From Bugula neritina (taxonomy: Eukaryota; Animalia; Bryozoa), in contig OZ037765.1 of assembly GCA_964035545.1 (NCBI GenBank), positions 25,915,504 through 25,979,503 of the forward strand: a stretch of 64,000 bases of DNA, given 5' to 3'. Shown piece by piece: positions 53,215 through 64,000 of this stretch (position 1 is its first letter; every line of letters starts with the position of its first letter). The position numbers were made by a program, and so were the translations under genes. The notes under the pieces are model-generated. The model was given only the letters and a program-made list of their open reading frames with translations, was not told the origin of the DNA and ran no database searches.

Positions 53215-56200
53215 ATGTCAACATTTGTAGCCAGAGTTCAGTACTTGGATGACACTGATCCATTTGCGAGTACTAACTATCCTGAGCCATCAAGACCGCC
53301 AACCTTCACCTTTTTGACAAACGTTCACCTGGTTAATCAGCTTTCCGGGATTCATAAAATCCTTGAACCACCACATAAGGCAAGTACATAGATTTACTAC
53401 TGAAGGAAGACTTGCCTGTCACTAATGTAGCACCCTAGGAAGTTTCATAGTCTACCGCCTGTAGAGTTAGCATCAACTATACTATGTGTAGTGTAGCTGT
53501 CCTATTCTTTTACATTGAGCATGCCCTTAGTTAATACAGCATTTCAGTAGTAAATTAGGAAACTTGAAGAAATCTGATATAAGCAAAGCATGAACTCCTA
53601 TACACAGTTGAAATTCTTTGGTGTAAAATGAATAGGTATGGAAATGAATATCATTAGGTGAAGTTAATTTGCCAATTAATGGGTTGACTGGTTTATTATT
53701 CTAGTGATTGATTTTGTTGTGCTGTATTCATGTTGTATGCCTCCAACTTACTTAGTATAAACATTCCGTGTCTTAAAAGTAAAAAGTGTGTGCTAGTTAC
53801 TAGGAAGCCAATTCTGATAAAGGTTATTAATTCAAGTTGTCTGTATAGCTTGGTTCTAATCCAACAACACCTCCCAATTACTAATTAATTAATTTTATTA
53901 CTACTGCCTGCTTGTTTCCTTCCCTTTCCAACCTGCTTTACATAATATGTAATGTTCAATTTACATAATATATTACCAGCTCACCACTGGATTAGTTCCA
54001 GACTTCTAGACTCATTTCCTGTCAGCTGCAAGGAGATTATAAACACTTATAATTACTAATGACTGACTTATTTCTGACTATACAATTAGAAATAAGGAAT
54101 ATTTTTATAAGAATAGAGGCTCAGAGCTAATGAATCTTTGTTTGAGGATTATTGCCAAGTATTTAGTGACCGGGAGAGTGAGAGATTAAAATTAGTTGGT
54201 GTAAGGTTCAATAATTAAAATAACCTTTGACCAACCAGTGGGTATTATCAAAGTCTAAAAGTTACAAGATGGTAGCGAATTTTCTAGGCAAATTTTGTCA
54301 AATATCCAGAGTTGAAGAGTTGAAGGTCTTTGTAGGTATTTAGCTAATTGTGTGATGTTTGTTTCTGTAGTTGGAGGACTGCGCTCTGCAGCTCTACAAA
54401 TATAACTCCAATGGACAGGCAGACTATGGGATATATTTAGACTTGGAGTCAACCTTAGATGACCAATGGGAGGAGCTGGAGGGGTTCTCAGAACAGTGCG
54501 TAGTATGCCAGCAGTTGGCACTGTTACTATTTGTAGTTGTAAGCTAGATCTTGTTATATACAAGTTAATGGAAAGGTACCTGTTGAGTGAATCAATGCAG
54601 CATTGTCGCAATGCAGTAGCAAGTGTGAAAGTTATGTACATCTTGCTATGTTAAAGTATAGATTAAGCTTTTCCTCTTTCACTTCCACCTCACGACACAA
54701 TGAATGGGAGTTCGAAGATACTTAAACAATAGGCATGCATCAGGCTTTAATCAAATATGTCTGCCAGTTCATATAACTCAACTAATGTGCTTATTACTTC
54801 TTTCAATTATCTACTAACCAATTAACAAGTTTTTTCTCGCATTTAGATTTAAAGCTGAGATTATTGTCTAAACTCTAAAGGGATGGTAGAAGTAGTGAGG
54901 ATTACAAAATTGTTATTTTGTTGCCTGAATCAGTTAGTAACTAGGATTATGTAGTTACTGTTGGTTGCTGAAGTTTATTCATACAATATATTAGTAGGAA
55001 ACCTCTAGTTGCTGAACCTATAGAGTGTTGACTTATTTTATATTAAAGTTTATATTAATTCACCAGAAAGTAGAAAATTATATATTATTTAGCTTTGACT
55101 ACTGTGCTACTACATCTACTCATTATTCAAAGTACAGAAAGTGAAAATGTTCCATATATATTTATATATCTTGTCCCTTCTGCCAATGACTTTGCAAAAG
55201 TTGCCGGTTTTGAATTGCAGGCGAAAGAACACAGTTATATTGAGGACACAACTTTCAGTCAGAGTGCACGCTGTCATAGGTTTGCTATATTACAGTATAT
55301 TTTATTACTGGGATAAGTGAGGGGATTGTTCTTTAGTTGAAAGGTAATGCTGGGGATTAAAAGTTGCCTTGAAATAATCAAGTAAAGCTAAGTATATGCC
55401 ATTTATACCAATAAATGCTCTGGAGACTGAGAGTTTCTCTAATAGCTCAGTACAAGTCTTTGAAGGCTGCAGTACTCCCCCATACATGTCTATAAGATTC
55501 CTAGGCCACAGGCTCTTCCCACCTGAGGGATTGTTTGGTTATCTACCTGCTGTGTTTATGTAATGCTCTGTAATCAACTATAATAATCTCCCCTGAGAGG
55601 TGCTGAGAAGCAATCCCTGACTTATATGAATGTAATTCAGGGAATAACAATATTCTTATACCTTTGAAATTTATTATCAGCAGCCAAGTAATGGCTTCAC
55701 TCAGCCAGTTTTAGTAATTCATCATTAGCCTTTGCTAATCATCTAATTAGTGTTTCTTGGCTGCTGCTACTAATTATAGCTCACTACTAGTAGTAGCAAA
55801 CTCTGTTATTGGTAGCCCAGATTTCTAAAAGTGTAAAAAAATGCATTAAAAGTAATATCCAGGTTGACTATTATTGCCCTTTGGTTTTAGAGAAATTATT
55901 AAACTCGGAGGGAAGAGAATTGAGAAGAGCTCTGTTTTCACTCAAGCAAATATTTCAGGTTGGTATCAGGGGAGATGATCCTTCTATCTCAGTTTATAGA
56001 CAGTTCCAGTATGTAGTGATGATGCATACTTCTGTTTAGTACTGTTTTGATTGGTTTAGAATGTTCAGGATTATGAGCTTTTAGATGTTAAACATAGAAC
56101 TTGTCTAAATATAGGACTTATTTAAACATAGAACTTTATGCTAGCTAGCCCAAACTGTTGCTGCAAAGAAGCAAACTAAAATTTGATAATAGCAAAATTC

Positions 56201-59200
56201 ACTTTTCACAGCAACATAAGTGGCCCAGGAGAGTAATTATATAGAACTCAATAAGAACAATAGTTTGTGTTGCTGCTTCGAATTATTCATAAAAGTTCTC
56301 AGATGAAACCAAAATGGTAAATTTTGTCATAGCTGCACCATAATTATTATGTTTTAAATTTATTACGTTGTTTATGTTGTTTAAGTTAGTATCACAGAGC
56401 ATTCCAGATATTTCAGTATAGCTTATCAGTACTGGAATAGTTTTACAACAGTGGTTATCTTAGCTGCTGTGTTATTCATAAGAGAAACAATAACAGCTCA
56501 GCAAATAACAATATGTTTGAGTAATTTGAGTCAATAACTTATTCATTTGCTGAATACACCCTTTCATGTTATAGTCATTAGTGTTGTTTAGAAGTCTGAT
56601 TCTATTGTGTACAGAGTTGATCTAATTTCTAATTATGTTTGTTTTGAGCCTGTAACTGGAGCAATGCATATGAAGGCTGACTAACATATGCTGTTGCTGT
56701 ATTGTAGGATGACAAAGACCTGGTACATGAGTTTGTATGTAGTGATGGCCTGGATTGTCTCATCAAAGTTGGCACTGAAGCAGACCAGAACCATCAGAAC
56801 TACATTCTCAGAGGTTCAAATCTTACAGTTGAACAACATTCATAATAGTCTGAGTCTAGGCCTTTACACTCTAACTATAATACCATCATGTGATGGGGGG
56901 GGGGGGGGGTGTTAGCAGGCTTGTCTGTATACTCAGGCTATGCTGATGTGTTAGATTCTTAGACTAGAGTCACGTTTATAGATGCTGTCAGCATTTTAGT
57001 TTCACCAAAATTTCACAGGTAGTATCAGTGTTTGAACAAAAAACTGATAAATTACTGTAATTCAGTGTCAGCTTTAAGTAAAACTGTAAACCCAGTAGAT
57101 ATTCATTAATTAGCAGCAGTGAAGAGAAATTCCGATAGTCTGAAGTTTCATGCCAATTTCAGTTGGCAGTGCTATTTAAATTTTTATGAAAACTTTAATT
57201 CTTTTGCCAAAATTTTTTTCACTAAAAAATAGGCTGTCTCATTTCCGAAAGGCCTGTCTGGAATGTGGACTATAATTGATGACAGTTTTCATTATCAGTA
57301 TTTTCTGCGCTTGCCTAGAACTTATACTTGGAGTCAGTAATTGTGAAAGTTAATAATAAAGTTGCACTTTCGTGAATCATTAGTAGATATCATTCCCTAC
57401 ATGCTGATACAAGTTTATGACGTGCATCCTTACTTCAAGTCTGATGTACAATTCTGACGTGTCAGTTATTTGGTAATAACTGCACCATTCATGGATTTGT
57501 CGTCACTGAACTGCTTACTCATCTCCACATGCCTTGTATTTCCTGAATTATATAGCAATGACATTTTCAGTGAGACAGAATTGGGCACTAGAAATGGGAA
57601 AACATCACATATTATAGTTATGCCTATACATTTTTCAAGCATAGCCCAAGCCCCAATATGTCTGTGTTTTAGCCTTGGGCCAAGTGATGTTATATGTTGA
57701 TGGCATGAACGGAGTAATAGAGCATTGCCAGACGGTGCAATGGCTGTACAACTTGGTTTCATCACGAGTAAGTTGACTTTCTTCCCGTCATTAGATGGAG
57801 TTGTGTGCTTGTAATCTGTGCTGTAGCCACCTTATCAAGTCTTCTTAAATACACACTGGGTAATACTGCATGGAGGTGATATTGAATTAGAAACATAATA
57901 TATCATACTAAACAGATTTGATGCTAGTATGTATACTTACAGCAGATTAATGTTATGCTCCTATTTGCCTTCTACTACTAGTTATTATATTGTTAGTGAT
58001 AAGCAGCTGGTTTCCCCATAGTCATTAACCTCTGGAGTATACTGCATTCATTGCAACTGCATAATAATATACTGCAGTAGCCCCCCTGGGTTACATACAT
58101 AGTTTACTTGCTGAATGGGATATACTCATACGATATACTCGTAACTACTGCACCAGAACCTTGCTCCTGCAGCCACCATGTTGCTGTCCCGCCATCAGCT
58201 AATGAGATACTCATGTTTAAGTTACAGATGGTTGTTAAGGTGTGATGCTAATTTATAACAACAACAAGAAATATGGTGTTATAAAACCTGCAGTTGTATT
58301 CCAGTTTGTGCCAACCAACATGATCAACAAGCAAGGCAGGAAAGCCTTTCCCTTTTTTCTCACATAATTAATGCTGTAAAGTGGCAATCTTGTAACTTTA
58401 TTTCAACTCATCCTTGAATGTGTAGAAAACTGAGCATTTATCAAGTCTCAGTTGGTAGAGAGATTGCCAGGATAGTTGGCCTACACTATAAGCAAGTCAC
58501 TATAAGCAAGTGATCCAACTCTTGACTTTAATGTTTTATGTCTTCATTTTGATAAATGTACTTAATACGTGCTCATTAGAGCGTTTAATGACCTAGGTTA
58601 TTATTCAGATGAGATGTATGCCAACCTAGTGCAAATAGCTCATGCTCTGTATTCTATATAATTAATATACTCAAACCACCACCCTGAGGTACTCCTCTGA
58701 AGTATTGACAATAGTCAGTTAAAAAGCCGGCTATTTGAGAAGCTGAGATCTTGGTATTTTGTCTATTGTAGTACCGGCTGGTGGTCAAGACAGCACTAAA
58801 GCTCTTGTTGGTATTTGTGGAGTACACTGAGAAAAATAGTCATCGGCTGTATGAAGCAGTGCAAGCTGTAGACTATGATAAAGGTATTGTAAAGAGTAGC
58901 AGTGACACTGTTAATAACTATACCCACTATACCCACTGTACCCACTATATCCACTGTACCCACTATATCCACTGTACCCACTATATCCACTGTACCCACT
59001 GTATCCACTGTACCCACTATATCCACTGTACCCACTATATCCACTGTACCCACTGTATCCACTGTACCCACTATATCCACTGTACCCACTATATCCACTG
59101 TACCCACTGTATCCACTGTACCCACTATATCCACTGTACCCACTATATCCACTGTACCCACTGTATCCACTGTACCCACTATATCCACTGTACCCACTAT

Positions 59201-62200
59201 ATCCACTGTACCCACTATATCCACTGTACCCACTATATCCACTGTACCCACTATATCCACTGTACCCACTGTATCCACTGTACCCACTATATCCACTGTA
59301 CCCACTATATCCACTGTACCCACTATATCCACTGTACCCACTATATCCACTGTACCCACTATATCCACTGTACCCACTGTATCCACTGTACCCACTATAT
59401 CCACTGTACCCACTGTATCCACTGTACCCACTGTATCCACTGTACCCACTATATCCACTGTACCCACTATATCCACTGTACCCACTATATCCACTGTACC
59501 CACTGTATCCACTGTATCCACTGTATCCACTGTACCCACTGTATCCACTGTACCCACTATATCCACTGTACCCACTATATCCACTGTATGATGGACATTG
59601 ACTCATGTGTTACTACATTCAGCACTTCATTCTGTTAAAATGTAAAGTGTTTACAGTTATCCGCTGATATGGACACAAGTAGAGTCTTGCCAAAGACTTA
59701 TTTGCATCAAATGATATCCACCTGCACCTATAATAACTACCCTAACATTTGTACTTGAACACTTGAGGGCTTGTAGAGAGTATACCGCACTGGCAATAGG
59801 ATTTTGCAACTCTACTGTATATATGTTGTAAAACTAAATATTTTAGGCTTACTTTATTTGCTTGCCCTTTTAATTATCAATATGATTGTGTAATACTAGG
59901 TTACACGTAGTTAGTCTGTATATCAACTCTGTAAAGCATACTCATACACAAAGCCCTCTGATATCATCTTTCACGTCTTATTATACTCTCCATTAAACTA
60001 CACTTGAAGAATAACAGGCACTATTTACATTGTGTACTAAACCTTGCAATATAACATAGAAGGATTACTTAACATATTAGCCAACTCTGTTCCTTAGCAT
60101 GCTTTTGCTGATTGCAAGAGTTGGCTAGTAAATGTTCTTTTAGCAGAGCTGCTATTGTCTCAGTCTCCATCAACACCAACTAGTTGCTAATTACATATGC
60201 TAATATGTCTTCATCTAATAATTAATCCCTTACTTGCACTCCTGTTATTTCTGTAGAACTATCCTGCAGTTCAAAAACACATTTAATAATGTTTAAAGTG
60301 TAAACTAGTGGCTTCTATTAATTGTTAAATGTGGTTAAATATATTTTGTTTATGTTCCCGCAATTTTACTGCAAATTTGAAGCTTCTAGTGTACCTACCT
60401 TATCATCAAATTACAGCTGCCTCCTGATTACGTGACTATAAGTCCCTTAATATAGCTGGTCACCATTAGTTGGCTAGTTAACCGAAACACTGCTCATAAA
60501 TTTAGGGGTGAAATGCTGGGATTTATGTTCAACTACAAATATTCTTATTCTCGTTAATGTTTGTATTTCATACATGCAGCATTCAGTCCACAGACTATAA
60601 AAGTATTGACTTAGAGAGACATCATATATGTTAGTGCAGCTCAAACTGTAGTATGTATGTGTTTTATGACTTGCAGTTATTTTCATCTCATTTTAGGTGT
60701 AACTCCTTTCAGATCTATAGTTGAAATACTGAATGAGAAAGAAGGGGGCGACTCCGAACTGTGCTTGTTTTCAATGACCCTTATCAATAAGGTTAATATA
60801 AACTCGAGGCTATTCAATACTTTTTCTGCATCAACTTTGTCTCACCAGATATTTGTGGTCAAGTTTGTCAAATCTGTTTTTCATATATTTGGTTCACTTT
60901 ATCTATTTCTCAATTTGCATGTATTTGATGTGAACATTTCTGTTTAAGATTTATCTGGGCATTAGTAAGGTTTCACCAAACTCAATGTTTAGTTGACTAT
61001 TTTTTGGTTTTAATTGTCAATCACTTGCATACTGTGGGGTGAATACTGTGCGAAGCCTCTTACTTCTGGCCAATTCCTTATAGATTTCAAGTCCTAAACA
61101 ACAGGTGTTTAAAGCACCAGTCTTGTTAAACTCCTAAGCTTAGGTTTAAGTGCTGAAAAAAAATTCTTGCTTCTTTTTTTTGGGGAATTTTTGCTGGAAT
61201 TCTGTGCACATTACACAGAACTTGAATTTAAAAGCTCAAATTAACTAGGAGCCCATCATTGCTATTGACTGACTTCTCACAGGTGTTGAGTGGCATCACC
61301 GACCAAGACACATTCTATGACATCACTGACTACCTGGAAGAGCAAGGCATGGAGGCCATTGTCCAGAGACATATCTCTAAGAGTTCAGCTGATCTAGACC
61401 TCGTGTCTCAAATCAACCTCTACGAAGCTGCACTGAAAGCAGAGGATGGAGATGTAGTTGGTGTGTCAACTGACATCAGGTATAATGCTTGTGCTTGTAG
61501 CTGTGAAAACCTGTTTTCAATCATTATATATGAAGAATTTTTTGCTGAATATTCTCTGTGTCTACATGCTCTCAAGATTTTTTACCCTGGTAATATAGAA
61601 AGCATAGAAATTTTGAAAAATTAATATTTTAAATTTTTTAACAGACTCCCAAAACGCGCAGACTTTGTGAAGTGTTATGGATTTGCAACAGATAACAATT
61701 ATTATTTATAAAAATACGCTGATGTATTAATAATAAGATCAATAACATACAATTAATAGTAATATTTTAGAGCAGTCTATTACTATTGGTTTGATGGAGA
61801 TGGGACAAAAGTAAACAATGAAATAATCAAACTGGCATTGCTGTGAAGCAGAATTGGACCAAAAAATATTTTTAGCTTTTTCTTTTCTATTTTTATATTG
61901 TAAGCGCTAAGGAATGGGAATTTGTTAAGCTTAGTTATTTCAACATTCCATATGGAATATCTCATTTAATCACCAACTTTGCTGGTTAACAGCTTTGGCA
62001 ATGTCTGTAGGAAAGCTCCTAGACTGAAGAGCGAAGGAGACAACAGAAAAAGCAGACGAGCACAAGGCGTTCAAGATGTCAGTGGTTCACCTCGTGCCCA
62101 GAGGAAAGGTTTACCAGCCAATCAGGTTGAGCCTGACAAAGAGCTGTCCAGCAGACGAGATAGATTGGGGTTTGAGAGTCCTCATGAATCCAGCCCCTCC

Positions 62201-64000
62201 CCTGATAACACTCTTTCATATTTGGAGAAGAGGAGAGCAGAAAGAGCGTAAGTACTGAGAGTCATTCATGGACAGCCCATGCCTATTTTCTTTCCATATT
62301 TGAAGAAAAACAGTAAAATAAATGAGTGATTTGATTAACTCAGAAATTTCAAATGTTATTGTTCCTCATTGAGCCACATCTTATGTTGATCTGAAGATTA
62401 AGGATGCTCAATATAACAGTGTGCTGTTTAACTTCACTCATTTATACAGTGCAAGAAAAGAAAGGGAAGCAGAAGAAAGCTCTAAGTCAAGGTCAGGTAG
62501 AGCTTATGGCTCTAGAAAACAAGCAACTAATATGGTCATTGAAAATGGTACAGCTTCTCCTGATCATTCCAAGCCCATGACTCTATGTAAGAACTCTGTG
62601 TTTACTATGGTATTATAATGTGTTCACTTTGTCAAAACTGGGGTAAGAAAGGTGATGAACTGATTTGGCTATTGGTTTGTAAAGTTTGTTTCTCTATGCT
62701 CTGCTATTATGATTTGCTGCAATATGATACCTGAAGATTGGTAAATGTTTACAGCATATGATCAGAAGCATGTCCAGGATGATGAGAATGCTGTATTAAT
62801 AGGTTTGTTTTAAGACTAACTGCACGAGTTTGCTTTATATTGACAGCGTTTTCAATAACTCATAAGTTTGGGTGATTTGTTTTAAATGTCAAATTATTTT
62901 CTGGTTTATGTGGTTGTCTTCTCTTACTCAACTGTTGTGTCCCAACAGCTTATATGTCTACTCACCAATTCCTTGAAGAGATGACAAATAATCTTTTCTT
63001 AGATAAACTGCTGCAGAATGTGAGTTTCATGTGCTTACTGCGCCTGCTTGCTTAATGTTCTTAAAGAAACATTACGTTCATATGAATTACCTTGCAGTAT
63101 AGGAAGCATACCCACAAAATAAGCATGTGGTTAATATTTGAATATCTTTTCATATTAACTTTATTCCAGCATATCGCGATAGTCGGCGTCATAGGCAGAA
63201 CTCTTTAATCCATGAACAAGAAAGGGTGGCTGGATCACCAGCACCTTCTCTACCCGCTTCCCCTGCTATAATTAACCCCCCTATTGCTAGTCGTTACGCA
63301 CCAGCTAAAGCTGATGCATTTTTACAACAGCCTTCACATAGTTCTTATGATCATAGACTTCATGCCGCTAGAAGTGATACTCATGTTGCATGCAATGGTG
63401 GTAGGTGCTTTTTTTGCTATTTCACTTTCTATGTGTAAGGTTTAACCCTTTTACACTGTTGACTATACTTTATGTTTTTAGAATATTAAGCTTCAATTTT
63501 ATATTTGGTTGAACTGCATGTTTGTTTGTGAATTTCTATAACTAGCGGGTTTTGGTAGTTGCTTTTTAAAACTACTTTTTTTATTAAATTGACAGATAGG
63601 GGCTTAACTTTTTACATTTTCTGACCTCAATTCCATCTACTTACCAAAGAAATATTGCTTACAAACGTTATAATAAGAAGCCCTAAAATATGTTTTAGAT
63701 GAAAGAAATTTGTTGAAAAAGTCAGATGGTGGTGAAGCAGGGTAAGTATTAAGTGGATAAAATAGACATCTGTTTATAAATTAAGTAATTGATGAATAAA
63801 ATTACATATCTAGCTCAATTATAGGTCTTATTGACTATATTTCTGTAGCAACAGAGACTCTGGTTATGGTTCATGGAGAAGTGACAGGAGTGATAAGCTA
63901 TCCGCCCCTGGTGTCATGTCTAATAATAGAAGGTGGATGCTGTATAGGATGACCAAACAGTCAGCAGATGAAATGCAGAATCTGCCTCAGGCTATCAGCA
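53215..64000 (+). CDS. FHOD3: FH1/FH2 domain-containing formin FHOD1/3 (Fhos) homolog, N-terminal GBD/FH3 region, 3'-partial
   Basis: Exons 53215-53379 ([29 protein letters not shown]...PHK, GC donor), 54371-54495, 55221-55279 ([12 protein letters not shown]), 55891-55958 ([16 protein letters not shown]), 56708-56813 ([10 protein letters not shown]...[10 protein letters not shown]), 57673-57767 ([16 protein letters not shown]), 58772-58883 ([19 protein letters not shown]), 60697-60791, 61283-61479 ([18 protein letters not shown]), 62011-62247, 62450-62586, 63170-63400, 63699-63741, 63849-64000. These are signature FHOD motifs. Confidence 0.95.
56895..56909. repeat. Poly-G run (15 nt) in an FHOD intron
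   Basis: Direct observation. Confidence 0.9.
58917..59588. repeat. Minisatellite, 9-bp unit (A[C/T]CCACT[A/G]T) with 18-bp higher-order period, about 670 bp, intronic in FHOD
   Basis: Tandem ACCCACTATATCCACTGT variants starting about 33 nt after the donor at 58884. It explains the four overlapping repetitive ORFs in the track. Confidence 0.97.

Noticed and set aside
58796-59606. Long ORFs (SGY)n, (VGTVDI)n and (STVPTI)n as novel genes, or the array as a CRISPR
   Set aside because: They are by-products of a stop-free 9-bp minisatellite inside an FHOD intron. There are no spacers, no cas genes, and the context is eukaryotic.

Overview
AT-rich, intron-rich genomic DNA from an invertebrate animal (GT-AG spliceosomal introns). 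It contains no prokaryotic features. Most entries in the ORF track are exon fragments read into introns or noise. Two + strand protein-coding loci fill the window. (1) A polycystin-1 family locus (PKD1/REJ-like, 11 TM) of about 70 exons at 153-48618. Its order is WSC, 15 single-exon Sushi/CCP domains, an internal signal-peptide start at 13574, WSC, PKD, a PKD1-type Cys-rich ('LDL-A-like') module, PKD repeats, REJ, GAIN/GPS, TM1, PLAT, TM2-5 and the polycystin channel domain. The 5' end lies outside the window. (2) The 5' part of an FHOD1/3-type formin (ATG 53215, running off the window). The introns carry a MITE, a TIR element with a paralogous empty site, tRNA-derived SINEs, a possible solo LTR and tandem repeats. 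Three observations stand out. An internal signal-peptide exon pair could give the polycystin two alternative N-termini, with or without the Sushi array. The triplet Sushi array shows near-identity restricted to the exons. The GPS site is degenerate (catalytic His and one Cys pair lost, about 35-aa insert) and comes with two furin-type sites. All exon boundaries were read by eye from splice consensus and phase continuity, not from transcripts.
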